DNA of 64,000 nt. It comes from an uncultured Dehalococcoidia bacterium (GTDB taxonomy: Bacteria; Chloroflexota; Dehalococcoidia; GIF9; UBA5629). The stretch lies in assembly GCA_903929005.1 (NCBI GenBank), contig CAIYTC010000202.1, forward strand, positions 3,080 through 67,079, written 5' to 3'. Below, one piece after another: positions 30,207-39,831 of the stretch. The stretch's first letter is position 1. Every line of letters begins with the position of its first letter. Below the pieces are notes generated by a model, which saw only the letters and a list, made by a program, of their open reading frames with translations, did no database searches and was not told where the DNA came from. The position numbers and the translations under genes are program-made.

Positions 30207-30533
30207 TTAGCCTTTGCCTTTCTTGAGCCGTGCTATTTCCCTGTCAATCTCTTTTTTCTCCCAGTCGCCGTGGAAGGCAAAAACGCCCAGGCCGTGAAAG
30301 ATCAGGCCTATACCCCAGAATACAGTTGTAAAGACCGGCCAGGGAAAGGCTGTGCCGCGCATCATGCCCCACCCGTATGCCGCGGTAATGCCGCTGGCAG
30401 ACAGTGCCCACATGCACCACAGGAATGCATTCACAACGCAGTAAACCATCAGGTGAATGAAAAACCCCCTCTTGCGCCGTACCCTCCGGGTGGCTAACCT
30501 GCGGATCTCCTCGTCCGACATCTCGGTTGACAT
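30207..30533 (-). CDS. 2TM-domain small membrane protein
   Basis: 'RRKRGFFIHLMVYCVVNAFLW' 2TM-family pattern; start trimmed to the Met preceded by AAGGAGG (9-nt spacer). Confidence 0.45.
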   Translation of the reverse strand: MSTEMSDEEIRRLATRRVRRKRGFFIHLMVYCVVNAFLWCMWALSASGITAAYGWGMMRGTAFPWPVFTTVFWGIGLIFHGLGVFAFHGDWEKKEIDREIARLKKGKG

Positions 30534-30644
30534 ATCTCTGCGCCTCCTTATCGATAGATGTTTATATTGTAGCACCGCAGAAAAATATTGACGCATGGAA
30601 GAGCTGCGGCTATCATTCAGGTCACATAAAAGGGGGGTGTGCTA

Positions 30645-31306
30645 TGGATATAATCGAGGCCATTAATTCACGTTACAGCGTACGCGCTTTCAAACGCGAC
30701 CCCGTGCCGAAGGCTGTCCTTGAGGAGCTGCTGACCGTGTCGCAGCGCGCGCCCTCGTGGGCCAATACCCAGACCTGGGAGTTTGCCGTGGCCGGCGGCA
30801 AAGCGATGCAGGAACTGCGTGAGACCATGGCCGCCAGGGCCTTCGCCCAGGACGAGCGCGGGCCGGATATCCCGCGTCCCGAATGGCCTTCACCTTACAA
30901 GGAAAGACGCAGGTCGAACGGCATCAGGTTATATAAAGCCTTGGGCATCCAGAAAGACGATGTTGAGCGGCAACTCAAGTGGTTCGTGGACATGTACCGC
31001 TTCTTCGATGCCCCCCACGCCATCTTTATTTATACGGAGCGGGATTTAAGCGTGTGGGCTATGATGAACGTGGGACTGGTGGTGCAGTCCATCAGCCTGG
31101 CGGCCTTGAACTATGGTTTAGGTTCGATCATGCTGGCCGCCGGCGCCAGCTACCCCGATGTTGTGCGCCGCCTGTTAACCATCCCCGAATCGAAACAGCT
31201 CGTTATCGCCATCGCCATCGGCTACCCCGACCCGGACGCCGCCGTGAACAAATTCAGGACGGAAAGGGCGCCTTTAAGCGAAGTTTGCACGTGGCACGGT
31301 TTTTGA
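30645..31306 (+). CDS. Nitroreductase-family flavoprotein
   Basis: 'INSRYSVRAFK…PSWANTQTWEF' nitroreductase N-terminus; RBS AAGGGGGG upstream of ATG 30645. Confidence 0.75.
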
Positions 31307-31310
31307 GCGT

Positions 31311-31425
31311 CACGTCATTGCGAACGAAGTGAAGCAATCCCAGACTCAAACCACGTCATTGCGAACGAAGTGAAGCAATCCTTCGATGGGGGTAGATTGC
31401 CGCGCCCTTTGGGCTCGCAATGACG
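31311..31425. repeat. MITE-like repeat copy: two direct 30-bp units plus one inverted arm
   Basis: 'cacgtcattgcgaacgaagtgaagcaatcc' at 31311-31340 and 31352-31381; inverted arm 'agattgccgcgccctttgggctcgcaatgacg' at 31394-31425. Confidence 0.6.
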
Positions 31426-31500
31426 AGTTAAACGGCCCCCTTGCCTGTGGTTGCCTGAGGGGTATATACTTGCGCATAATCCAAAATAAAGGAGGCAGAG

Positions 31501-33189
31501 ATGAGCGGTACAGATAAGTACGACCTTAAAGCGGTGAAATTGCCGAGGTTTGTGGGGGGGCAACTCTCCATGATCGCCGGCGCACTTGACATCGGCATAC
31601 TCAAGGCACTCCTGCTGCCCTCGATGCTGAAAAGCGGCGGGATAGAGGATTTCCGCGAACTTGTTCCTGAAGAGCCGCCCACCTTTTCCCCCATTTCTTT
31701 TGTGAGTAAGAAAGCGGAACCCGAGGACGGGCCGGACCTGAAGGCGCTGAATAAGATAGAAGGGAACGCTACAGGGGCAATGCACTGCCGGACTATCCGT
31801 GATTATTCAAAGGCCTACCACGATGGCAAAACCACGCCCGAGGATGTGGCCAGGCGCGCGCTGGACGCAATCAAAGGGGCCGACGCGGGTGATCTGAAGC
31901 TGAGGCCGTTTATCGCGGTTAATGAGGGTGATGTCATACAGCAGGCCAAGGCCTCGGCCGAGCGCTGGAAAGATAAAAAACCGCTCAGCGTGCTGGATGG
32001 TGTGCCGGTAGCAGTGAAGGACGAGGTGGACATGGTGCCCTATCCCACCACGGTCGGCACAAGCTTCCTGGGGAAGGGTCCGGCCAGGCAGGACTCCACA
32101 GTGGTGGCGCGGCTGCGCGCGGCAGGTGCCCTGCTGCTGGGCAAGGCCAATATGCATGAGATAGGCATCAGTACCAACGGGCTCAACGTCAATTTCGGCT
32201 CGACCCGCAACCCTTACAATCCCAAGCATGACACGGGAGGCAGCTCGACCGGTTCCGCCACGGCTGTGGCAGCGGGCATATGCCCGGTTGCCGTGGGCGC
32301 CGACGGTGGCGGGTCTATCCGCGTGCCGGCCGCCCTGTGCGGCGTGGTCGGCCTCAAGCCCACCTTCGGCCGTGTCAGTGAATTCGGCGCGGCGCCGCTC
32401 TGCTGGAGCGTAGCACACCTCGGCCCGATCGCGGCCACGGTGGAGGATGCTACCATCGGTTATGCCTGCATGGCCGGTACGGATATTAAAGAACCAAACT
32501 CGCTGCATCAGCCTCCCATGACATTGGAAGGCTGGAACAAGGCAGACCTTAAAGGGATTAAGCTGGGTATTTACAAGCCCTGGCTTGAGCATGCTGCGCC
32601 CGAGGTTGTGAAAGCCTGCAACGCGCTGCTGGAGAAACTGGTTGCTGCCGGGGCGCAGGTCAAGGAGATAGTCATTCCCGGGCTGGACACCATGCGCGTC
32701 GCCCACATCATAAGCTTCCTGAGCGAGGTGGCAGCCTCGATGAACAACTATCCTGACAACAGCAAGGATTTTGGCGCCGAGGTGCGCCTCAGCCTCGCCC
32801 TGGGGCGGGAATTCAACGCCGGCGATTATATCAAGGCCCAGCGCATCCGCACGCGCGTCATCGATATGTTCAAGGATATTTACAAAGAGGTAGACGCCAT
32901 CATCACACCTGCAACGGCTATTGTGGCCCCCGAGGTTTCGCTCGAAGATGCCGATGGCGGCTACTCCGACCTCTCAAGTACCACGGAGACCATGCGCTAT
33001 GCCTTCCCCGCCAACCTGGCGGGCCTGCCCGCCATCAGTTTCCCGGCGGGCTATGACTCCATCGGGCTGCCCATCGGCATGCAGGCCATGGGACGGTGGT
33101 GGGAGGAGAACCTGTTGCTGCGTATTGCCTACAACGCCGAAAAGCTTGTGGAGCGCAGAAAACCGGTAGCCTACTTCGACCTGTTGTAA
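31501..33189 (+). CDS. Amidase-signature-family amidase (FAAH-like, with N-terminal extension)
   Basis: AS signature '[14 protein letters not shown]…[28 protein letters not shown]'. Confidence 0.75.
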   Translation: MSGTDKYDLKAVKLPRFVGGQLSMIAGALDIGILKALLLPSMLKSGGIEDFRELVPEEPPTFSPISFVSKKAEPEDGPDLKALNKIEGNATGAMHCRTIRDYSKAYHDGKTTPEDVARRALDAIKGADAGDLKLRPFIAVNEGDVIQQAKASAERWKDKKPLSVLDGVPVAVKDEVDMVPYPTTVGTSFLGKGPARQDSTVVARLRAAGALLLGKANMHEIGISTNGLNVNFGSTRNPYNPKHDTGGSSTGSATAVAAGICPVAVGADGGGSIRVPAALCGVVGLKPTFGRVSEFGAAPLCWSVAHLGPIAATVEDATIGYACMAGTDIKEPNSLHQPPMTLEGWNKADLKGIKLGIYKPWLEHAAPEVVKACNALLEKLVAAGAQVKEIVIPGLDTMRVAHIISFLSEVAASMNNYPDNSKDFGAEVRLSLALGREFNAGDYIKAQRIRTRVIDMFKDIYKEVDAIITPATAIVAPEVSLEDADGGYSDLSSTTETMRYAFPANLAGLPAISFPAGYDSIGLPIGMQAMGRWWEENLLLRIAYNAEKLVERRKPVAYFDLL

Positions 33190-33431
33190 TGCATAGCGGG
33201 GTCTGTCACAGGGGCATAATATAGGATGGGTCTTTAGACCCGTCCGCGTTATCGGGCGGACATGAATGTCCGCCCCCACAGCAAGCCTGTCAGGGACGAA
33301 TGGAGGGGCGTACTTTCAGGTGCGCCCGTTTTCAGGCGGATTGTTAAACCCGCCCCTGCATCGCATTAAATCGGCCCCTCCTCGCAAAGACGCTTCATTA
33401 GTACTATAATGCGGCCAATGATATTTATAGT

Positions 33432-34121
33432 ATGGGCAGGATAACTCGGAGGAGACATAGCATGGGAAGTTTCACGCGGTCAGAGAAGACACTGGTGCTG
33501 GTTTTCTTCGTGCTGTCCCTGCTCTATATCTCCCTCATCCCGGTGTTGAAAGCAATGCCCGGGCTTTACGTCCTCAAGGACCTGCCGGACGTTATACTTG
33601 CCGCGCTTGCTTTAGGTGCGATTGCAGGGTTAAGGGGCAAGCTGCTCTTTGCCGCCTATATGCTCTGCGCCCTGGCGGGTTTGGCCCTGGATTTGCCCAT
33701 GAAGGACTCGTTCGTGCTCGGCCTGCTGCTGTTTCTGCTCGGCCACCTGGGCTATATTACTACCTTCCTGCTTGATTTTAAGTGGAGGCCGCGACGGCTA
33801 TGGATTATCGCACTGATATTGATTTATGCCATCGTTATGGCTGTCCTCTTCACCCCTTTCCTGGGAGACCTGCAGATGCCCGTTTACTGCTATATGGCGG
33901 TGCTCGGCATGATGTGCATCATTTCCACGCAGAGGAAGGCTACTAATAATTTCGTGATTTATGGCGCGCTGCTCTTTTTAGCCTCGGACTCCGCTCTGGC
34001 CAGCAATATGTTTGTCGCCCCGCTGGCGGGACAGGATTACATCGTGATGATCACCTATTTTGCCGCCCAGTTCTTCATCCTCTACGGTTTCCTCAAGGAT
34101 AAATACCACAAAAGCGCCTGA
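33432..34121 (+). CDS. YhhN-like (lysoplasmalogenase-family) membrane protein
   Basis: 229 aa, ~7 TM, 'LLFLASDSALA' FxxSD-type motif. Confidence 0.35.
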   Translation: MGRITRRRHSMGSFTRSEKTLVLVFFVLSLLYISLIPVLKAMPGLYVLKDLPDVILAALALGAIAGLRGKLLFAAYMLCALAGLALDLPMKDSFVLGLLLFLLGHLGYITTFLLDFKWRPRRLWIIALILIYAIVMAVLFTPFLGDLQMPVYCYMAVLGMMCIISTQRKATNNFVIYGALLFLASDSALASNMFVAPLAGQDYIVMITYFAAQFFILYGFLKDKYHKSA

Positions 34122-34211
34122 CCGTACTTTGTTATATAATAGTTAGCATCGGCTCAAAAGACGCCCTCACGCGGGGCGGCCGGCAAATGAAATTTTTCGG
34201 AGGCATCCCCC

Positions 34212-34928
34212 ATGGCATTAGTTGAATGGTCCCTTGATGAGAATATCGCCGTGCTCACCATGAACAGCGGTGAGAACAGGTTCAATCTTAATTTCTGCAA
34301 TGAATTGCTAAAAGCGCTTGACGATATCGAGACTAAGACCAGGGCCAATGCGCTGGTGGTCAAATCAGCAGACGAAAAGATCTGGTGCAATGGAATGGAC
34401 CTGGACTGGCTGGTGCCGGCCATTGCCAGGAAGGATCCGGATGTGGAAAAGTTCTTTGATACGCAGGACCGCGTGTACCGACGGGTGACCTTTTATCCCA
34501 TGCACACCGTGGCAGCGCTGACAGGGCACGCCTTCGCCGGGGGCGCTATCCTAGCCTGCTCCTTCGATTTCCTTTTCATGCGCGCCGACCGCGGCTTCCT
34601 GTGCTTCCCTGAAGTGGATTTGAATATACCCTTCCTGCCCTATATGGATGCCCTGATTAAGAGGGCCATGCCGAGGCATAAGGTGATCGAAGCCGAGCTC
34701 ACAGGCAAGCGCTTTACGGCCGCCGAACTGGAGAAATTCAACGTGATACGCAAGGCCTGCCCTTCCGCTGAAGAAACGGTAAAAGAGGCTGTTGCCTATG
34801 CCAAAAGCCTGAATAAGGGCAGGGGCATAGTGGGCGAGATGAAAAAGGTCATGAATGCAGACATAGCGCAGTTTATGGATAACATCGTGAGGCCGAACCT
34901 GGAAACCGGCAACGTGCCAATAAAATGA
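34212..34928 (+). CDS. Enoyl-CoA hydratase/isomerase (crotonase) family protein
   Basis: 'ALTGHAFAGGAILACSFDFLFM' oxyanion-hole region. Confidence 0.7.
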   Translation: MALVEWSLDENIAVLTMNSGENRFNLNFCNELLKALDDIETKTRANALVVKSADEKIWCNGMDLDWLVPAIARKDPDVEKFFDTQDRVYRRVTFYPMHTVAALTGHAFAGGAILACSFDFLFMRADRGFLCFPEVDLNIPFLPYMDALIKRAMPRHKVIEAELTGKRFTAAELEKFNVIRKACPSAEETVKEAVAYAKSLNKGRGIVGEMKKVMNADIAQFMDNIVRPNLETGNVPIK

Positions 34929-36604
34929 TTCCGTTGCAGAAATATAACCGGGGCTTCATCCGCAACCACAATACCTCCGGGGTTGTCTTTGCCGCAGTAT
35001 TCACGTTTGTCTTACTGCCTCTACTCATGTGCTGGTGCGGCTGCGCCGGGATAACGGACTCCCTTGTACTGGTACATGCGGATAACGTGACCGCTACCGG
35101 TATCATAGTTGATAAGGCTGGCTACGTCGTCACCTGCGCCCACACAGTGAGCGGGGCTAATTCGATAGCTGTTGAACTGACGCCCGGGACGAATTATGAA
35201 GGCCGCGTAGTGTGCACAGATAATGCACGGGATGTCGCCATTATAAAGATGGCGGGAAATTTCCCCGCACTGAAACCGGTTATCATCGGTGATTCCGACC
35301 TGATGCATCAGTGGGATGAAGTGACCTCCGCGGGGTATAAGCCAGGAGATACCAAAGCTTTGACGTCAAAAGGGGCCGTTACAGGGCTGCCTAAGGCAGA
35401 CGGCATAAGTTACCTGCAGACAAATGCTGCTCTCGACCCCGGGCTTACCTCCAGCGCGATACTTAATAAAGCAGGTGAGCTGGTTGGGATGGTAAGCGGG
35501 AATTCCGGTAAGGCCGGGCGCGAGGGTTATGCTCTGTCAGCCAACGAGGTGCGTACCGTTTTATCGCAGGCACAGGAAGCCGAGGCGACACCCCTAACTA
35601 TTGTGCCGCTGGACCCTCCCTCTGTATATGGGGACCATGTAATAGTGGCGTGGAAGACCAGCAGGCCGGCCACAGGGCAGGTGGAATACGGGACTCAGGT
35701 ATCCTACGGCAACAGGAATATCCCGGAGGCCACTTTGATTGAGTCACACAGTTCGGTTATTCAGAATCTGCAACCTAAAACGGCCTACCATTTCAGGGTC
35801 AGATCGGTTGACTGCTGCGGCATTGAAGCTGTGTCAAAGGACTACGTATTCACAACAACGGCGGCCAGTGTCCAGGGGGGCAAATTCGCCGTCTCGAATA
35901 TCGATATATATGACATTGCCAGCACAGCCGCAACAGTACGTTGGATAACCAATAAGCCTGCTACAAGCCTGCTAAGTTACAGCGCGGACAAGCAGGGAGA
36001 AGCCGACTCGGAATCTGATAATACCCTAGTCTACGAACATAAGATCAGGTTGAATGGCTTGCGGCCTGAAACACGCTATAGCCTTAACATAAAATCGGTG
36101 ACTGACTACGACGAGGTAGAGCAGCAAAACCTGAGCCCTTTCACTACACTGCCCAGTTCTCCGGTCTGCTGCAAAATCAACTGCCGGCTATCGGATTTTG
36201 CCTTTAAGACTCTGCAGGGCGGGGATTTTACCAACCGGGATATCCTGGGCAAGAAAGTATTCATGCTCTTCACTAAAACTTCCTGCCCTACGTGCATGCA
36301 GCAGGCCATCTTCCTCAATGATGTTTACGCTAACTGGCCAAAAGGCACAGACATGGTCATGTTCATGGTCGCCAGCAGCGAGAAGAAGGCTGATGTCGAG
36401 GAATGGATAAAGAAATACGGTTTAAGCGTGCCGATTTACATTGACCCCACGGCGAACCTGGTCAGCGGCTGCCAATTCAGGACCATACCCACCTCGCTTT
36501 TCCTGGATACAGGGTCGGTGATACGCGACTATAAGAGCGGCGGGTTCGGCAATAAAAAAGATATGGAAACAACAGTGAAGCGGTTTTACGAAACAGAAAG
36601 GTAG
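34925..36604 (+). CDS. Membrane-anchored multidomain protein: trypsin-like (S1C) domain + 2 FN3-like domains + TlpA-like thioredoxin (CPTC)
   Basis: 'GTGIIVDKAGYVVTCAHTV' (His), 'DVAIIKM' (Asp), 'GLTSSAILNKAGELVGMVSG' (non-canonical Ser region); FN3-like segments; C-terminal 'KKVFMLFTKTSCPTCMQQ' thioredoxin motif. Confidence 0.55.
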   Translation: MIPLQKYNRGFIRNHNTSGVVFAAVFTFVLLPLLMCWCGCAGITDSLVLVHADNVTATGIIVDKAGYVVTCAHTVSGANSIAVELTPGTNYEGRVVCTDNARDVAIIKMAGNFPALKPVIIGDSDLMHQWDEVTSAGYKPGDTKALTSKGAVTGLPKADGISYLQTNAALDPGLTSSAILNKAGELVGMVSGNSGKAGREGYALSANEVRTVLSQAQEAEATPLTIVPLDPPSVYGDHVIVAWKTSRPATGQVEYGTQVSYGNRNIPEATLIESHSSVIQNLQPKTAYHFRVRSVDCCGIEAVSKDYVFTTTAASVQGGKFAVSNIDIYDIASTAATVRWITNKPATSLLSYSADKQGEADSESDNTLVYEHKIRLNGLRPETRYSLNIKSVTDYDEVEQQNLSPFTTLPSSPVCCKINCRLSDFAFKTLQGGDFTNRDILGKKVFMLFTKTSCPTCMQQAIFLNDVYANWPKGTDMVMFMVASSEKKADVEEWIKKYGLSVPIYIDPTANLVSGCQFRTIPTSLFLDTGSVIRDYKSGGFGNKKDMETTVKRFYETER

Positions 36605-36639
36605 ATGATAAATAGGGGTAGCATAAATTTCTGCGGGGC

Positions 36640-36677
36640 AGATTGCTTCGTCGCCTGCGGGCTCCTCGCAAAGACAT
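36640..36677. repeat. Half-copy (single arm) of the MITE-like repeat
   Basis: 'agattgcttcgtcgcctgcgggctcctcgcaaagacat'. Confidence 0.45.
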
Positions 36678-36683
36678 TTTTGG

Positions 36684-36716
36684 GGCCGGCGGCTGGATAG
36701 AGCCGCCGGCCTTTTA
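36684..36716. terminator. Bidirectional intrinsic terminator between convergent genes
   Basis: 'TTTTTggggccggcggct-ggatag-agccgccggccTTTTac': 11-bp GC stem with T-tracts on both sides. Confidence 0.6.
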
Positions 36717-36722
36717 CGTTGA

Positions 36723-38090
36723 TTACGGTTTGTATGTGATTGTAAGGGCGCCGGCAAGGTCGACATTATCGCCCTCTTTGAGGATGTGCTTGCCCTTGCC
36801 GCGGATATCTGTACCATTCAGCCTGGTGCCGTTGGTGCTGCCACGGTCCTCGATATAGTAATCGCCGTTTTCGTAGCTAATGTAAATATGCTGGCGTGAT
36901 ATTAGATCAGCCTTACCCGGCCCGGCCAGTGCATGGAAATCGTTGCGTCCCAGTGACTGGCCTCCGGCCGCAAGGGAAATCTCCTTCCCTCCGCCCGCTG
37001 TGAATTTGGCCGCGGGACCGGTTGCGACGGCGGTAGTGGCATGTGAACCGGCAGCGGGCAGTGTGGCGGCAGGCACCGTGGATGAAGCTATGTAGCCTGC
37101 CCGTGTGCCGAAGTTGCGCCCTGAATAGGCTGGCACCGGTTTCCTCACCAGCAGGAAGATTATTACTGCAGCCGCTACGGCCAGCAGGCCGATCATCAAG
37201 GCGTACAATAGCCAGAGGTTGAGCGCCGGGCTGCCGCCGCTGCTGACCCCGCTGGTTAATATCCCGCCTGTGCCGGCGGTGTAACCACTGCTGCCGGTAG
37301 TTGTGTTAACACCACTGCCTGTACTGTATGTGGAATAGTACTGTGCTACAGTAACGGTAGTGCCGGCGCTCACGCTGCCCCCGCTGCCGCTGGCTGTAAG
37401 CGTATAGGTGGTTGTATAGGCAGGCGTGGTAGTATAGACACCCGTGCCGGGCACCGAGCCCACCGAGGGCGAAATTGTAACGTCGCTGGCGTTATTCACT
37501 GTCCATGACAGGACGGTGGATTGGCCGGGCTGTATATAGCTCGGGTTAGCAGTGAAGGAACTGATCACCGGCTCATAGACCGGCTGAGGTTGGGGTATCT
37601 CAACTACTATCTCAGGGGTATAAGTATTTACGTAGGGAGACCACCTTGCGTAGGGATATGGCCACACATAGGGATCCGAGTAATATGGGTATGAAGGAAC
37701 AGGTGGGCGGGGATGTGATGGGCCCGGGGGAAAAGGATGATGTCTCGTATGATTCTCTGATGAGGACGCCGGCGACAGATCCACCGTGGAAGGCGGTATA
37801 GCAGCAGGCTCTGTTACAGGGTCAGGCGCAGGAGGAACCGGCAGTTCCGGCGCCAGGTCAGCCGTGGAAGGTGGTGTAGCATCAGGCTCTGTTACAGGGT
37901 CAGGCGCAGGAGGGACCGGCGGCTCCAGCGCATCCGGTGGTGGTGAAACAGGCTCATCATCGGCCTGCCAGGCCAGGCCTTTATCGATTGCCGTGTCCGT
38001 TACAGCCCGGGCGGGCGTAACCGACAGCAAAAACGCAGTGCATATTAACAGTGCTGTTGCCAGGATCAGAGTTGTTTTTCTTAGATTCAT
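36723..38090 (-). CDS. Receptor-like FHA protein 1: signal peptide, Pro-rich repeats, conserved extracellular module + Ig-like domain, 1 TM, cytoplasmic FHA
   Basis: Start trimmed to 'MNLRKTTLILATALLICTAFLL' (RBS AAGGAGA); TM 'LWLLYALMIGLLAVAAAVIIFLLV'; FHA 'ISRQHIYISYENGDYYIEDRGSTNGTRLNG'. Confidence 0.7.
   Translation of the reverse strand: MNLRKTTLILATALLICTAFLLSVTPARAVTDTAIDKGLAWQADDEPVSPPPDALEPPVPPAPDPVTEPDATPPSTADLAPELPVPPAPDPVTEPAAIPPSTVDLSPASSSENHTRHHPFPPGPSHPRPPVPSYPYYSDPYVWPYPYARWSPYVNTYTPEIVVEIPQPQPVYEPVISSFTANPSYIQPGQSTVLSWTVNNASDVTISPSVGSVPGTGVYTTTPAYTTTYTLTASGSGGSVSAGTTVTVAQYYSTYSTGSGVNTTTGSSGYTAGTGGILTSGVSSGGSPALNLWLLYALMIGLLAVAAAVIIFLLVRKPVPAYSGRNFGTRAGYIASSTVPAATLPAAGSHATTAVATGPAAKFTAGGGKEISLAAGGQSLGRNDFHALAGPGKADLISRQHIYISYENGDYYIEDRGSTNGTRLNGTDIRGKGKHILKEGDNVDLAGALTITYKP
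37786..37941. repeat. Tandem 78-bp (26-aa) repeat, 2 copies, in the Pro-rich region of FHA protein 1
   Basis: Units start at 37786 and 37864 ('gtggaagg.ggt.tagca.caggctctgttacagggtcaggcgcaggagg.accggc…'); encodes 'PPAPDPVTEP..PPST.DL' twice. Confidence 0.55.
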
Positions 38091-38109
38091 TTGGTTCTCC
38101 TTATACAGA

Positions 38110-39660
38110 TTACATTTTGAATGTGATGTTGAGTTTGCCTGCCAGGTCAATTGCATCGCCGTTCTCCAGGACGTGCCTGCCTGCGTCTTTGATCTCTGTC
38201 CCGTTGACCCTTGTGCCGTTGGTGCTGCTGCGGTCCTCGATATAATATTTATTATCTTCATACCAGATATTGATATGCTGACGGGAAATGAAAGAAACGT
38301 AGTCCGGCGGCACGAATTTTTCAAAATCCTTGCGGCCAAACGGGCGGGCGTTGCCTGCCAGCAGCACTTCGCTGCCGTCGGGCATGGCAAGTTTGGCTGC
38401 GGGGGCCGCTATCACATCCGTAGTTGATGGTGATTCTGCGGCCGCTAATGTGGCGGCGGCCGCGGTGGCAGTGCCTGCCCGCGTGCCGGCCTCATGGCCC
38501 GCCGGGGCGGTTGCCGTCTTCCTGACCAGCAGGGCGACTATTACCGCGGCGGCTATTGCCAGCAACGCTATTAAACCATACAGCAGGTACGGCGGCTGCT
38601 CAACGGTTACGGTAGTAAATGCAGTGAGTGCCGTTCCGTCCATATAGGTGGCGGTTAGCGTATAGACGGTGGTATCTTCCGGCTTCACCTCGGTGGTCCC
38701 GCCGGCGCCAAAAGACCCGGCGCCGCTTATAAATACCTGCACGGCTGCGGGAGCGCTCCAGGATAGTGTCGTGGAATGTCCGCTCTGTATCCTAATCTGG
38801 GCCGCGCTGATGGTGGGCGGTATGCGCGGCAATACCGTTACACTGGCTGACGATGATACGGGGTTGCCCGACCGGCCCGTGGCCGTTAGCGAATAGGAGG
38901 TGGTTGTAGATGGCGTGACCGTGGTAGAGCCGGAGGCGCCGACCGTGCCGATGTCGGGCGAGATGCTTACGCTGCTGGCATTGCTGGTGGTCCAGGTGAG
39001 CGTGACGGTTTGCCCGAGCTCGACCGAGGGTAAATTCGCGCTGAAAGAGTTGATCACGGGGGGATAGACCGGCTGTTGTGTGGGGCCGGGAAGGCCGTAT
39101 GGATTGTAGCCCCTGGTGTAATTAAAGCTGAGGGTGCGCGTCGACCAGTTGCCGACGGTGATGAACCACATCTTCCAGGTATAGCTGCCGTCGGGGTCAA
39201 AGGAGCTGGCAGTGAACGGCCCGATCCTCCAGACACCGGCATAAGGACGGTCCCACCTGTAACACAGCCAGTGCCCGTAAGACGGGGCGCCGTAAGGGTA
39301 ATATTCCCATAAATAAAAATAACCCGGGCTATTGAAAGATATCACCAGGTAGCAGGCTTCGTTGGCATACAGGGTGGATACGAGCTGCCCGTAGCTGTTG
39401 ACAAGGTACGCATTGGTAATTGAACCGGATACTCCGGGTGGAACGGGTGACGGCGCCAGCATCTGCAGGTTGGGCCATGTCTGGCGGTAAGTTTCCACGC
39501 CGACGGATGGCGCCAGGGATTCGCCGCCCTCGTCGGGCGGCTGCCAGGCAGCTTCCGGGCTGGCAGGCGGGGATGGCTGGGCCTGCACCGGTGAGAGCGA
39601 TGTAACAACGGATGAAATGGCCAGCGCCAGGATAAGCAGCGTCAAGCATATATTTTTCAT
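38110..39660 (-). CDS. Receptor-like FHA protein 2 (paralog)
   Basis: Start at 'MKNICLTLLILALAISS' (GGGAGGTGA 8 nt upstream); 'LWEYYPYGAPSYGHWLCYRWDRPYAGVWRIGPF'; Ig-like 'PVINSFSANLPSVELGQTVTLTWTTSNASSVSISPDIGTV'; TM; FHA 'ISRQHINIWYEDNKYYIEDRSSTNGTRVNG'. Confidence 0.7.
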   Translation of the reverse strand: MKNICLTLLILALAISSVVTSLSPVQAQPSPPASPEAAWQPPDEGGESLAPSVGVETYRQTWPNLQMLAPSPVPPGVSGSITNAYLVNSYGQLVSTLYANEACYLVISFNSPGYFYLWEYYPYGAPSYGHWLCYRWDRPYAGVWRIGPFTASSFDPDGSYTWKMWFITVGNWSTRTLSFNYTRGYNPYGLPGPTQQPVYPPVINSFSANLPSVELGQTVTLTWTTSNASSVSISPDIGTVGASGSTTVTPSTTTSYSLTATGRSGNPVSSSASVTVLPRIPPTISAAQIRIQSGHSTTLSWSAPAAVQVFISGAGSFGAGGTTEVKPEDTTVYTLTATYMDGTALTAFTTVTVEQPPYLLYGLIALLAIAAAVIVALLVRKTATAPAGHEAGTRAGTATAAAATLAAAESPSTTDVIAAPAAKLAMPDGSEVLLAGNARPFGRKDFEKFVPPDYVSFISRQHINIWYEDNKYYIEDRSSTNGTRVNGTEIKDAGRHVLENGDAIDLAGKLNITFKM

Positions 39661-39831
39661 GGGGGAAATCACCTCCCGGATGCAATAACTCATATTCTGT
39701 TATCACTATACGCCGGACGGGGAGCGGTTGCTTGACTGCAGGCTGACAGGCCGCTGACAGTTTTCTGACAAAGCCATGGTTAGCGGCGGCAGTAAAGGGC
39801 AGGGTTAATCCGGGGGAAAGCGGCTTTGATT

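Noticed and set aside
31311-31381. Possible CRISPR-like array (two identical 30-bp units with an 11-bp spacer)
   Set aside because: Only two units, the spacer is far too short, and the units are arms of the dispersed palindromic repeat family. No cas genes are present.
31315-31785. 156-aa minus ORF
   Set aside because: Begins inside the repeat copy at 31311-31425 and runs antisense into the amidase gene. It is generated by the repeat.
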